This document shows, in pieces, positions 10,164 to 21,400 of a stretch of DNA of 48,264 nt (the stretch's first letter is position 1; each line of letters starts with the position of its first letter). The notes beneath the pieces were generated by a model that made no database searches, was not told the DNA's origin, and saw only the letters and a program-made list of their open reading frames with translations. Location: contig JBBRLJ010000038.1 of NCBI GenBank assembly GCA_038231435.1, positions 1 through 48,264 of the forward strand. The letters are read 5' to 3'. Source of the DNA: Planctomycetota bacterium. Lineage in GTDB: Bacteria > Planctomycetota > UBA11346. Position numbers and translations under genes: made by a program.

Positions 10164-12416
10164 TCAGCGCGGAGTCTGGTTCTTGGTGTCCTTGATCACG
10201 CCCAACCGGCGCGACAAGGCGACCAAGCGCTGCGAGCCGTAGGTTGCGATCTGCGCGCCGATGCGCCGCGCCGTCGGACGGCGGAGCCCCAGTGCCATGG
10301 CGATGCCCGCCAGCGCCAAGCCGCCACCCAGGCCGCAGCCTCCACCCGAGGCGGCGCCGCTGCTGGTCGCGACCGTGCCCGTGACGCCACCTGATGCCGT
10401 CGAGCCCGTGGTCGTACCCGCGGTCGCTCCGCTCGTGGTACCCGAGCCGGTCGATGGTGGCTGGGGCGCGAAGCTCGCGGTGCAGGTGATGCTGACGGCC
10501 GACACCACGATGTCGTGCGAGACCGCGCCGCCATCGGACCACGAGGTGAACGCGTAATCGGTCCCCGCGAGGATCTGCGGATCCATGGCCGACAGCAGCA
10601 GGCGCTGGCCGACGACTGCTGAGACGGTGTACGGCGTGGTCCGCTGCGAGAAGCCGCTGAGCACCACGCCCATGCCGGCCGGATTGGTGGCGACGGTGAT
10701 GCTCGAGGTGCGCGGATGGATCTCGACGACCGCGCTGCTGGTCAGGCTCGCCGAGTCGGTCACTAGGAGGGTGATGCGGTAGAGGCAATCGGTGCGGGGA
10801 TCGCCCTGGGTCGGCACCACGAAGCTGCCCGAGACCATGCCGCTGGTCGCGGCCATGACGACGATGGGGTCGTCGGGGGTGATGAAGTCCACGCTCCAGG
10901 TGTAGGCGCTCGGCGGCAGCGAGCCGTCCTCGGTGTCGCTGGCGGTGCCGCTGAACGTGACGGTGTCTCCGGCGTCGTAGGTGGCGCCGGTCGCTGGCTG
11001 CAGGATCGAACAGGCCGGCGGATGATTGCTGGTGACAGTGAGGGTGAGCGGCGCTCCGGTGGCGGTGCCGTACGCATTGGTGACAACCGCCGAGAAGGCC
11101 ACGCCATCGTCCGTGCTCGCGGCGTTCGCGATGGTGTAGCTGGCGCTGGTCGCGCCGGGAATCGGCGAGCCGGCGCGTTGCCATTGGTAGCTCAGCGGCT
11201 GGGTGCCGGTCGCCTGGACGGTGAAGGTCGCGGGCGAGCCGATGCTCACCGGCGAATCGACGGTCTGCGACCCGATCGTGGGGGAGACCGTGGTGAAGGA
11301 CACTCGGTGCAGCGACGACACCGGATCGTTGTAGTTGTAGCCCGCGTAATAGAGGCTCCCGTCGGCGCCGAGCGTGAGGCCGACCGGCCCGGTCAGTCCG
11401 GTGGCGAAGTTCGCCACCGCATTGCCGTTGTCGGCGTCGAGCGTACCGATCCAGCCCTTCGAATAATCGAGAAAGAAGTATTTGCCGACGTACGCGACCG
11501 GAAACGTCGCGGTGGACGGGTTGTAGAAGAAGCCGCCGGCGATGCAGGCGCCCTGCGGCCAGGCGTTGCCATGGTGGTAGGCGTAGAGCGGATCGGCGTA
11601 CGTGGGATTCGCGACCGCTCCCTCGACGTTCGGCCATCCGTAGTTGGCGCCCGCGGCGCCAGCGTTGATCTCCTCCCAGGTATTCTGGCCGACGTCGTCG
11701 ATGAACATGCGCCCGGTGCCGGATTGGAAGGCGAAGCTGAACGGATCGCGCAGCCCCAGCGCCCAGATCGAGCGGTATTTCCCGGTCGTCGTGGCGTAGA
11801 ACGGATTGTCGGTCGGGATGCTGCCGTCGCTGTTGATGCGCAGGATCTTGCCGTTGAGCGAGGTCATGCGCTGCGCGCCGGCCCCCTCCTCGCCATCGCC
11901 CATGCCGACGTAGAGCTTGCCGTCGGGCCCGAAGTGCAGCGGACCGCCGTTGTGGAAGACGGTATAGACGAGATCGCCATGGATCAGGGTGACCTCGCTG
12001 CCGGGAACGGCCACGTCGCCATTGGCGGTGAAGCGGATCACGCGGTTGCGTACGTAGTCGTTCGCGGTCGACGCGGGCTTCTCGGTATAGTAGAGGTAGA
12101 CGTATTGGTTGGTTGCGAAGTCCGGGTCCACGGTGATGCCGAGCAGGCCGCGATCACCGGTGCCGTCCGCTGGCACCGCGATCATCTCTTGCGGCAGCAG
12201 CGTCCCGTTCTTGAACACCCGCACCTTGCCCCATTGCTGGCAGATGAAGATCCGGCCATCGGGGACCGCAGTCATCGCGGTGGGATACAGCAGGCCGGTG
12301 GAGACCACGGTGTCGTCGAATCCCAGAGGCAAGACCTCGACCGCCGCGGCAGGTATCGTGGACGAAGCCCACGCCAGAGCGACGATCACGAGCAGGATGC
12401 ATGGGTTCAACCGCAT
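10164..12416 (-). CDS. PQQ-dependent sugar dehydrogenase (GSDH/Asd-like) + Ig/PKD-like modules + C-terminal sorting signal
   Basis: Signal peptide; GDRGLLGITVDPDF, HNGGPLHFGPDGKLY, GKILRIN.DG.IP.DNPF, GLRDPF, GANYGWP; ends with a S/T/G linker, GGGCGLG, a TM segment and RR. Confidence 0.9.
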   Translation of the reverse strand: MRLNPCILLVIVALAWASSTIPAAAVEVLPLGFDDTVVSTGLLYPTAMTAVPDGRIFICQQWGKVRVFKNGTLLPQEMIAVPADGTGDRGLLGITVDPDFATNQYVYLYYTEKPASTANDYVRNRVIRFTANGDVAVPGSEVTLIHGDLVYTVFHNGGPLHFGPDGKLYVGMGDGEEGAGAQRMTSLNGKILRINSDGSIPTDNPFYATTTGKYRSIWALGLRDPFSFAFQSGTGRMFIDDVGQNTWEEINAGAAGANYGWPNVEGAVANPTYADPLYAYHHGNAWPQGACIAGGFFYNPSTATFPVAYVGKYFFLDYSKGWIGTLDADNGNAVANFATGLTGPVGLTLGADGSLYYAGYNYNDPVSSLHRVSFTTVSPTIGSQTVDSPVSIGSPATFTVQATGTQPLSYQWQRAGSPIPGATSASYTIANAASTDDGVAFSAVVTNAYGTATGAPLTLTVTSNHPPACSILQPATGATYDAGDTVTFSGTASDTEDGSLPPSAYTWSVDFITPDDPIVVMAATSGMVSGSFVVPTQGDPRTDCLYRITLLVTDSASLTSSAVVEIHPRTSSITVATNPAGMGVVLSGFSQRTTPYTVSAVVGQRLLLSAMDPQILAGTDYAFTSWSDGGAVSHDIVVSAVSITCTASFAPQPPSTGSGTTSGATAGTTTGSTASGGVTGTVATSSGAASGGGCGLGGGLALAGIAMALGLRRPTARRIGAQIATYGSQRLVALSRRLGVIKDTKNQTPR

Positions 12417-12706
12417 GGGACAACCTTCACTAGTCCATTGGGGTCAAAGCCGTTGGGCAGATGAGATCGACCGTGGACAGCGAAGCCGAACAGGAACGAG
12501 GCGACGCCCAGGCTTCGACAGCGGGGCGCTGATCGGCTCGCGGCTGCGCTTGTGACAGCATCTCCGAGGCCAAGTGCGTCTGCGCATGCTCCTGCTGTCA
12601 CACAGTCGCGTCCTCCTGTTCAGATTTGCCTGCCGCCGCTCTCGCGGCTAACCCATCGTCCTACCATCACTGCTCGCACGTCCGCACCCCTACGTTCAGA
12701 GGCTCC

Positions 12707-15700
12707 ATGCGCACCACCGGTCTCTCCGTCCTCCTCCTCTGCGGCTACATCGCTCTGAGCGGCACCTCGCTCCACGCCGGCGAAGCGGCGGGCGCCGGCC
12801 AGGTGACCAAGGTCATCGAGACGGGGGCCGACGTGGCATGGTCGCAGGGTCTGTGGGTCTCGGCGCCGGGCACGGTGCGGATCGCCGAGGACGCGCCGCC
12901 CGCCGCCGACGCCAAGCAGGACGCGAAGAAGTGCCTCGAGGTCGAGGTCAACTTCCCCGGCAAGGGCTTCATGTTCTACAACGCCGAGCCCACGGTGCCG
13001 CTGATCGTGCCGGGCAAACTGAAGGCGCTATCGGTGTGGTGCAAGGGCGACGGCGGAATCGTCAACCTGGTCGATGGCTGGGGTCGAACCGAGGTCGCCG
13101 GCAAGAAGCTCGAGTGGGGCCTCGGCAAGGCCGAAGCCTGGCACCAGGTGACCTTCACCATCCCCGCTGAGTGGGTGCAGCCGATCCGCATCGGCGGCCT
13201 TTCGGCTCACAACTGGGATTTCCAGAGCACGGCGCGCACCATCAGCATCCGCCTGTCCCGGCTCGAGGCCACCTACGATCTCTCCGATACCGACATGGCC
13301 ACTGGCGCGCTGAAGAGCTGGAAACCGGATCCCGACGGCGCATCACGCAAGGATGCTCCCAAGGAATGCCCGCGCACGCCGATGCTCGATTTCGCGCTCA
13401 CCAGCGGCCGCGAATCGAACGTCTTCGCCGGCGAGGAACCGTCGATGACCGTCTCGGCGCGTTCATGGAAGGCCGAGAAGCTCTCGGGCACGCTGACCTG
13501 GTCGGTGATCGATCTGAGCAGCGGCGAGGCCGCGAAGGCGCCGCTCACGAGCGGCACCCTCGCGATCGCAGTCGATGACCGTCCAATCGCTCAACTGCTC
13601 CCCCTGCCGACGGCGAAGCAGGGCCTGTACCGCTTCGATGGCGAGATGGCGTGGAAGGACGGCGGCAAGGATACGCGCAGCCTGGTGTTCGCGTCGATCG
13701 GAGCCGAGCCGAAGGACGACATCGCGGCGCGCGACGCCTCTCCCTATGGCCTGAACACCCATGGCGGCAACACCGGGTCGAAGCCCAACGCCTGGCACAA
13801 GGCCGGGCTGCGCTGGATCCGCGATTACGCGTGGGGCTTCAACTCGATGCTGAAGGCGCGCGACGGCAACGGCGCCTTCACCGGCTGGCCGTGGTTCCCG
13901 AAGATCCTCGAGCGCTACAAGAAGGCCGAGCTGCACCTGCTGCCGTGCATGATGGACGGCATCCCCGCGGTGACGGGCGACACCAAGGTCCCAGTCGAAT
14001 GGCGTCGTAACATGAGCGCGATCTTCTCCGCCTTCCCCGATATCACCCATTGGGAACTCGCCAACGAATGGGATCTCGACTGGAAGAACGAGCGCGGCGC
14101 CAACGGCGATCACGAGAAGGGCTGGCCGTTCTACCGGGCCTACCATAAGGCCTTCGGCCAGGTGGTATCGGCGGTGGGCGCCATCCCGGTGGAGAACGGC
14201 CGCGCCGGCCTCTTCCCCGAGCAGGAGCGCGCCATGGTCAGCGGCGGCGACTTCGCCGACATCCAGGTCACCAATGGCCATTTCTATACCGGCGTGTCGG
14301 CACCCGAAACCAGTTTCGAGAACGCCAATACCGGTGGTGGCGGCAGCGGGCTCGAGCGCTCGATGTGCTACCCCGACCTGCTGCGAGAGTCGGTGCGCGC
14401 ATCCGATGCCGACGGCAAGCACCGGTCCTTCTGGCTCACCGAGTTCGGCTGGGACACCAAGGCAGGATTCATCGTCACCAAATTCCAGCAGGCGGTGTTC
14501 CTGCAGCGCGGCTTCATGGCCTCGACCGCGAACGGCGTCGACAAATCGTTCTGGTTCTTCGATTTCGACGGCCCAGTCGCGAACGCATTCTTCGATGGCT
14601 GCGGCATCATGGACGAATTCGCCCAGCCCAAGCTCAGTTATTGCGCCCTCTCCGCATTGACCCGCATCCTGCCCAACCCGAAGTACCTCGGGCCGCTCGA
14701 CGCTGGCCCGGGAACCGGCGGCTACCTCTTCGAGGACCATGGCAAGCGCATCGCCGCGCTATGGACGCTCGAGAAACCCGCAGACGGCAAGGATGGCCCC
14801 AAGGTCGACTTCGGCGGCGGCAAGCTCTATGACTTCCTCGGCAACCCCCTCGCCGGCACCAGCGCCAAGCTCGGGCTCGCGCCGGTGTTCTGCGTCGACG
14901 TTCCCACGGGCGACCGTTGGGTGAAGCAGGCCTGCTACGAGCTCTCGAGCCTGCGCCTGGTGTCGTTGACCGCCGGCGACAAGACCACCATGACGGTCGC
15001 CGTCACCAACCACCGCAAGGACGGACTCAAGGCCAAGCTCAAGCTGCGCCTGCCCGAGGGCTGGACCCCAACCGCCGACGATCAGGCGGTCGAGGCTGCC
15101 GCCGGCGCCAGCACCAAAGCCGAGCTCTCCTTCACCATCTCGCCCAAGGCCAAGCCCGGGGAGTTCGAGGCCGCCGTGACGGTCGACGAGGGTGGCGCGC
15201 TGTGCGAGCTGCGCCTGCGCGTGCTGGTCGGCACGCCGCTGACCATCTCGGCTCCGGCGCTCGGCAACAAGCCGGGCGAGACGTCGATCGAGGTCACGGT
15301 GGTGAACCACTCCCAGCGCGCGCTCGACGGCACCGTCACGCCACGCCTGCCCGCGGGATGGAAGTCGGATCCGCCCGAGCAGAAACTGACCGCGCTCGCG
15401 TCTGGCACCAAGCAGGCGCTGCCGTTCAAGATCACCTGGAACGCCACCTGGAAGCCAGGCGAGGAAGCCTGGGCCGAGATCGCCACCACCGACGGCGTCT
15501 CGACCCGCACCGCGCTCCAGCCAGGCGTGATCACCATCCCGCGGATCGCCGCCTTCAAGCCCGACGGGGATCTCGGCGAATGGCCGGCGAAATCCCTGCT
15601 GCCCGGCTGGGTGGTCGGCTGCACATCGGGCCTCGCCGACGCCGAGGTCCGCCTCGGCTGGACCGATCAGGGATTGGCCATCGCCATCACTGCCAAGGAT

Positions 15701-16138
15701 TCGCGCGTGCAGGACACCGACCCGCGCGCCTTCTGGTCGATGGATGCGACCGAGCTGTTCCTCGACAGCGCCGGTTCGTTCGCTCCGCACCAGGCCGCCG
15801 TCACCGACCATCAGCTGTGGCTGGTGCCGCTGGCCAAGGAGAAGCGCGTGTACCTGGGCCGCTGGAAGATGAACGCCGAGATCCCCGAAACCCAGTACGA
15901 CATCAAGGGCATGGCCAGCATGGCGAAGACCGCGGGAGACGGCTACCTCTACGAGGCGCTGATCCCGGCAGCGACGATCAACGGATTCGCCGCGAAGGCC
16001 GGCACCGCCATCGCCCTGGACCTGATGCTGACCATCAACGGCCATGTCGGGCAGCGCGAGGTCTACTGGCCGTGGAACAAGAAATCGAATGTCGTCGGCA
16101 AACCCGAGCTGTGGGGCCGCGTCATCCTCGGGGAGTGA
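12707..16138 (+). CDS. Secreted clan GH-A glycoside hydrolase (GH39/GH5-like) with NEW3-like and CBM9-like modules
   Basis: Signal peptide; WELANEWD (acid/base), FWLTEFGW (nucleophile), QAVFLQR; two LP.GW NEW3-like repeats; C-terminal PDGDLGEW..D.TELFLD..YEALIP. Confidence 0.8.
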   Translation: MRTTGLSVLLLCGYIALSGTSLHAGEAAGAGQVTKVIETGADVAWSQGLWVSAPGTVRIAEDAPPAADAKQDAKKCLEVEVNFPGKGFMFYNAEPTVPLIVPGKLKALSVWCKGDGGIVNLVDGWGRTEVAGKKLEWGLGKAEAWHQVTFTIPAEWVQPIRIGGLSAHNWDFQSTARTISIRLSRLEATYDLSDTDMATGALKSWKPDPDGASRKDAPKECPRTPMLDFALTSGRESNVFAGEEPSMTVSARSWKAEKLSGTLTWSVIDLSSGEAAKAPLTSGTLAIAVDDRPIAQLLPLPTAKQGLYRFDGEMAWKDGGKDTRSLVFASIGAEPKDDIAARDASPYGLNTHGGNTGSKPNAWHKAGLRWIRDYAWGFNSMLKARDGNGAFTGWPWFPKILERYKKAELHLLPCMMDGIPAVTGDTKVPVEWRRNMSAIFSAFPDITHWELANEWDLDWKNERGANGDHEKGWPFYRAYHKAFGQVVSAVGAIPVENGRAGLFPEQERAMVSGGDFADIQVTNGHFYTGVSAPETSFENANTGGGGSGLERSMCYPDLLRESVRASDADGKHRSFWLTEFGWDTKAGFIVTKFQQAVFLQRGFMASTANGVDKSFWFFDFDGPVANAFFDGCGIMDEFAQPKLSYCALSALTRILPNPKYLGPLDAGPGTGGYLFEDHGKRIAALWTLEKPADGKDGPKVDFGGGKLYDFLGNPLAGTSAKLGLAPVFCVDVPTGDRWVKQACYELSSLRLVSLTAGDKTTMTVAVTNHRKDGLKAKLKLRLPEGWTPTADDQAVEAAAGASTKAELSFTISPKAKPGEFEAAVTVDEGGALCELRLRVLVGTPLTISAPALGNKPGETSIEVTVVNHSQRALDGTVTPRLPAGWKSDPPEQKLTALASGTKQALPFKITWNATWKPGEEAWAEIATTDGVSTRTALQPGVITIPRIAAFKPDGDLGEWPAKSLLPGWVVGCTSGLADAEVRLGWTDQGLAIAITAKDSRVQDTDPRAFWSMDATELFLDSAGSFAPHQAAVTDHQLWLVPLAKEKRVYLGRWKMNAEIPETQYDIKGMASMAKTAGDGYLYEALIPAATINGFAAKAGTAIALDLMLTINGHVGQREVYWPWNKKSNVVGKPELWGRVILGE

Positions 16139-16180
16139 TGTCGGGGGCCGTAGGGCTTTCCGCCAATCCCACCGCGCCGC

Positions 16181-18370
16181 TCAGCGGGCCTTCGCGAGCG
16201 CTAGGCCGCCGCGCACCAGCAGTTCGACGCAGGCGGCGTGGCCGCTGGCATCGATCACGCGCAGCGGGTGCCGACCTGGCGCGGGAGCGAACCACACCGT
16301 CTCGGCTGCCGCGCAGCTGCCCAGCGGTGTACCTGCGTCGAACCACCAGCGCGCGCCGGCGTCGCCACCGCGACAGCGCAGGGCGAGGCGTTGGCGCTCG
16401 GGCGGCACGTCGGGATCGGCCACCACCTCGCAGGCCGCGGCTCCGTCCGCCGCTCCGACTGAAAATCCGACTGCGGATCCGACTGCGGATCCGACTGCGG
16501 ATCCGACTGCGGATGGCGAGGTGATCACCAGCGTCGCCGCGAGCGCTGGCGGCGCTGGCCGCTCGACGGCGGCGAACTCGGCCTCCGGCCAGCTCCCGCC
16601 GCCGGGATCGAGCGCGGCGATCAGCGACAACGCGAGCGGGGCGGCGACCTCCACCCCCACCAGCGCGGGCGTCCCCTTACCGGACAGGGTGCCCAGCCAC
16701 GCCACCACCGTGAGCCGCGGCGTGATCGCGGCGCACCACGCGTCGCGGTGGCCGCTCGAAGTGCCGGTCTTCCACGCAACGCCCAGGCGCGCGGCTTCGG
16801 CGCAGATCTCGGCGGTGCGTTCGTGTCCATCCAGGCAATGGATGACCTGCCAGCAGGCGCGCGCCGGCAACGCCACGGTCTCCGGCCGCTCGCCGGCGGC
16901 ATCAACCACGAGCAGCGTCGACAGATGCCCGCCGCCGCGCGCCAGGGTGGCGTACGCCTCGGCGAGCTCGCGCGCGCTGGTCTCGGCGCCGCCGATCGCG
17001 AGCGACAGTCCGGCGCGCTCGGCCGCGCGCGCCATGCCGCCCAGGCCAACGGCCTCCATGGTGCCCGCGGCGCGAGCGAGACCAACCAGCTCGAGCACGC
17101 GCATCGCCGGCAGGTTGCGACTCTCCGCCAGCGCCTCGGCGGCGGTCTGGCTGCCGCGGAAAGCCCGGTCGAAATCGGCCGGGGCGAACCCCCTCCAGCC
17201 GCCCGGGGTGTCGCTGACCACGCTCCCCGGCGCGCAGGCGTCCGCGGCGAACGCGGCGGCGTAGATGAACGGCTTGAGCGTTGACCCTGGTGAACGGCGC
17301 GCACGGGTGAGATCCTGGAAAGACGGGCCGCCGAGGCTCACCAGGGCGCGGTACTCGCCGGCGGTGTTGTCGATGACCACTACCGCAGCCACCTCGACCG
17401 TAGCGCCGGCGTATCCGTCGAGCGCGCGCCGCGCCGACGCGCATGCGGCGCGCTGCATGGCCGCATCGAGGGTGGTCACGACCCTGCCCGAGCGCGCCGC
17501 GGCGAGATCGCACAGGGCCGGGTCGAGGCCCGTCTCGGTGCGCCCGGTGTGCCCGTCGGCCCCGTCCACCTCGTCCGCCGCGATGCCTTCGAATTGCGGC
17601 AGCGGGCGCCAGGTCGCGCTCATCGGCTCGGCCTGGGCGGCGAGGCGTTGCGCTTGGTCGATGTCGCCGCTCTCCTCCATGGCCGCGAGGATGCGGTCGC
17701 GGCGCGCCGTCGCCTCGGCGGGATGGCGGTCGGGGCGCAGGCGCGTGGGGTTCTGCGGCAGGGCCGCGAGCAGCGCGCACTGCGCGAGCGACAGCGATGC
17801 GCACGGCCGACCGAACCAACGCCAGCTGGCGGCCCCCGCCCCCACCACGTTGGCTCCGAACGGCGCGCGTTCGAGGTACTCGCGCAGGATCGCCGCCTTG
17901 TCCATCGAGCGTTCGATCTGGCAGGCGCGCACCGCTTCGCGCAGCTTGGTGGCGAAGCCGCGCGCGCGCGGATCTCGCAGGCGCTGCAGTTGCATGGTGA
18001 TGGTGCTCGCGCCGCGCACGCAGCGCAGGTTGCGCGCATCCTGCCAGCACGCACTGAGCGCGGCGATCCAGTCGACGCCGTGGTGCTCGTGGAAGCGGCG
18101 GTCCTCGGCGGCGATCAGCGCGCGCTCGAGCAGCGGGTTCATGCCCAGCTCGTCCAGCGGCAGGCGCCACGCCCCGTCGGGCGAGGCCAGCGCCGTCAGC
18201 GGAACGCCGGCTCGGTCGAGCGCGAGCAGCGATGGCCGCGCCGCGCGCGCCAGCGATCCGGGATATGGCCAGCAGCGCACCGCCAACGCGAACGCCAGGA
18301 ACGGCGCCGCGCCGACCACCGCCGAGATGAGCAGCGCGCGGCGGCGCCGGCGCGCGAACGTCATCATCAT
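16181..18370 (-). CDS. pbpC: Penicillin-binding protein 1C (bifunctional transglycosylase/transpeptidase)
   Basis: N-terminal TM; EDRRF..H.GVD and RGASTITMQ (TG); SPGSTLK, SRN, KTGTS (TP); directly downstream of A2M. Confidence 0.93.
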   Translation of the reverse strand: MMMTFARRRRRALLISAVVGAAPFLAFALAVRCWPYPGSLARAARPSLLALDRAGVPLTALASPDGAWRLPLDELGMNPLLERALIAAEDRRFHEHHGVDWIAALSACWQDARNLRCVRGASTITMQLQRLRDPRARGFATKLREAVRACQIERSMDKAAILREYLERAPFGANVVGAGAASWRWFGRPCASLSLAQCALLAALPQNPTRLRPDRHPAEATARRDRILAAMEESGDIDQAQRLAAQAEPMSATWRPLPQFEGIAADEVDGADGHTGRTETGLDPALCDLAAARSGRVVTTLDAAMQRAACASARRALDGYAGATVEVAAVVVIDNTAGEYRALVSLGGPSFQDLTRARRSPGSTLKPFIYAAAFAADACAPGSVVSDTPGGWRGFAPADFDRAFRGSQTAAEALAESRNLPAMRVLELVGLARAAGTMEAVGLGGMARAAERAGLSLAIGGAETSARELAEAYATLARGGGHLSTLLVVDAAGERPETVALPARACWQVIHCLDGHERTAEICAEAARLGVAWKTGTSSGHRDAWCAAITPRLTVVAWLGTLSGKGTPALVGVEVAAPLALSLIAALDPGGGSWPEAEFAAVERPAPPALAATLVITSPSAVGSAVGSAVGSAVGFSVGAADGAAACEVVADPDVPPERQRLALRCRGGDAGARWWFDAGTPLGSCAAAETVWFAPAPGRHPLRVIDASGHAACVELLVRGGLALAKAR
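16455..16514. repeat. In-frame 12-bp tandem repeat x5 (CCGACTGCGGAT) in pbpC
   Basis: Four perfect units and one variant (CCGACTGAAAAT); encodes SAVG repeats. Confidence 0.95.
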
Positions 18371-18402
18371 CGTCGCCCACGCGCGGAGCAGGCTGGACGG
18401 CC

Positions 18403-21400
18403 TCACTGGCGGCGCTCGATCGTCACCGTGCCGCTCCCGGCGATGCCCGATACCGAGACGTCGTACAGGCACTCGGCCCGTAGCGGCGGCAGCACGAAGG
18501 TCCCCGGCGTGACGGCGCGCGCCAGGTACGAGTGCTGCAATTCGTAGAGGCCGTGACCCCAGAACGAGGTCAGGCCACCGAACACCAGCACGCGGTCGTC
18601 GCGCATGTCCACGCGCAGCCACGGCGCCGACTGGCCAGCCGCCGCGCTGCCGGCCAGACGGGGATTCTCGACCTCGAAACCGGCTGGGAGCAGATCCTCG
18701 AGCACGATATTGTCGCGCGCGATCGCCGACGATGCGCGCAGGGTCACGAGCACCAGATCGCCCGAGACCAGGCGCTTCCCCAGCGGCGTGCCATCCTCGC
18801 GCGTCCAGGTGCGGGTGACCGCGATGCCGTGGTCGGCGTCCGCTGGCGGCGTCATGGGCACGCCGGTCGCGAGCCACGACACCCACGCGCGCGCCTCCGC
18901 CGAGCCCTCGACCGTGGCTTCGAGCGCGCGACCGACGACACCATGCCACGCCAGCGAAGTCGCGACGGCGCTCCCGGATCTCTCGGCACTCTCGGCGCTT
19001 TCGGCAACGGACAGGCCATCGATGCGCAGCCGCATCGACGCGCAGGGCGGGGAAGCCGCCTGCTTGCGCAGGTACTTGCCCAAGGCCAGCACCGCGAACG
19101 CGGTGTCCTGGGTGCTGCGCCACTGGCGACGATCGCTCAGCTCGCGCGCCAGGCGCGGCAGCGCCGGATGATCGGGCATGACGTCGCACAGCGTCGAGAG
19201 CAGCACCGCGAGATCGCGGACGGGCGAGGCGAGATCGCCGTCGAGATGCCGGTCCGATCGTGGATCCGGCAAGTGGTCGGGGATCAGCGCAATCGCGAGA
19301 TCGCGCCGTCCGCAGGCGAGCCAGGCCGCGCTGAGATGGAAGCGGCAGCTCGGACCGGGGTTAGAGGACGCGAACGCCGCCGCGGCGGGCGAGCGTTCGT
19401 GCGCGCGCAGCGCCGACTCGAGGCGATGCATCGCCGCATGGTCGGGCTTCCCGGCCAGGGCCAGCACGTACGTAGCGTAGCACTGGGTCTCGATCCATGC
19501 CACGTCGTTGCGGTCGCCGATGCGCCGCACATATGCCAGCACGCGCGCCAGGAACTCTTCAGGCACCGCCGCGCCGGCGGCGCGCGCTTCGATCAGGAAG
19601 TGCGCGGCGTAGACCGTGCCCCACGGCCAGGCCTCGCGATCGTTCGGCCAGGTGGCGATGCCGCCGCCATCGGTCTGCAGGAACTGCAGCCGCTGGATGC
19701 CCACGCGCAGGTGCTCGGCGATGCCGGCCGGCGCGAACATCCCGGGCGCGATCGCCTCGCCGAGGTCGCGCAGGTAGATCAGCGGGAAGCACGCGCTGAC
19801 TGTCTGCTCGGCGCAGCCGTATGGATAGCGGTAGAGGTAGTCCAGGCCGCGCGGCAGGGACAGGCTTGGATGCGGGCCGACCGTGGCCTCGAGCGTGACC
19901 GAGCCTGGCAGCAGGTCGGGACCGAGCGCCGCCGCGACCGGTCGGCCCGGCGCCGCCTCGGCCTCGTCGCCGAAGGTCATCTCCGGACTGGCCGGACGCA
20001 CCGGCAGCTCGACCTCGTCAACCGCGCTCTCGGCGCCGATCGTCGCGGTGATCCGCGCATGCGCGACGCCGCACCGCCGCAGCGCCTCGATGGGGATGTT
20101 CACGGTGGCGTCGTGGCCGGAGATGATGCGCGCGGCGGTGGTCGGCGATTCCACCGCGAGCGGTCCGCCGACGCCATGGGCATCCACCGCATCGAGGGTG
20201 ATGGAGATCTCGGCGACGCCGTCGGCGGCGGTGCGGTTGAACACCGTCACCGGCACGGTGAAGCGATCGCCAGGGGCGGCGAAGCGCGGCCAGCTGGTCT
20301 GCAGCACCACCGGCGCGCGGACGATGACATGACGATCGACCGAGCCGGACGCGGCTCCGTGATCCGCCACCGCCATCACCCGCACGAGTCCGGAAAATCC
20401 GCTCGGAAGCGGCAGTTCGACGTGCGCGCGTCCGGCGGCATCGGCGTGGACGACGCCGCTCCACAGCGCCACCGGTCGGACCCGCGTGGCCGCGATCGGC
20501 GAGCGGTGGCGCTCCGGGCCTCCGCCATCGCCGCCGGTCGGGCTCTCGCCGGCCGGCCGCGCGACTTCCGGCATCAGCTGGTCGTAGCAGTCGAGGGCGT
20601 CCACCCGCAGTCCGCGCGGCGCGGTGAACCATGCGAAGGGATCGGGCGTCGCGAAACCGGTCAGCCGCAGCACGCCTTCATCGACCGCGGCGATGGTGGC
20701 TTGTGCTCCCGCGGCCGGGGCGCCATCCGCGCCACGCAGCGCCAACTCGATCGCCAGCAGCGTTCCCGGACGCGCCTCGGCCGGCGCCGATACGTTCACC
20801 TCGAGACGGCGATCCGCTGGATCCAGGCGCGCGCGCGCGATCCCGAAGGCGCGATGGACGCGCCATGGCAGATCCGCATTCACCGCGCGGATTACCGTGG
20901 CGCAGATGAAGGCGTCGGGTGCCCATCCGCCGGTGACCGGCAGCCGCACCGTGGTGGCGCTATCCGTCATCTCGACCAGCTTCGAGGCGATCACGCCATC
21001 GGTCTCGACCGTCACCAGCAACTGGCCCGCGAACGGACTGCGCACCGTGATCAGCGCGACATCGCCGACGCGCAGCGCCTCCGCCGACGCACCTGGCTCG
21101 GGCGGGCCCATCCGCTCCGGAGCATCGCCGGCTCCGTCCATGCGCTCGACCGCTACCTCGCAGCGGTCGGGATGCTCGCGGCTCACGCTGTCCTCCCAGC
21201 TACCTGCGCCGCGCGCGTAGATGCGCGACGACACCACCTGTCCGGTGCCGGCGTCGCGCAAGCGCAGGACGAAGGATCCGGCATCCGGAACCGTCAGCTC
21301 GCCGGCGCCGGTGCCGGCGTCGATCGCGATGAGCTTGGCCTCGCCCACCGCATCGAGCGTGCGCACCGAACGGTAATGGAAGTAGTTCCCCTCCTTCATC

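Noticed and set aside
12495..12545. GGCTTCGACAG resembling the tmRNA 5' motif
   Set aside because: No GGGG 5' acceptor strand, matching T-arm/CCA end or tag reading frame nearby.
16455..16514. Tandem repeats considered as a CRISPR array
   Set aside because: 12-bp units with no spacers, inside a CDS, and no cas genes; no CRISPR array was seen anywhere in the window.
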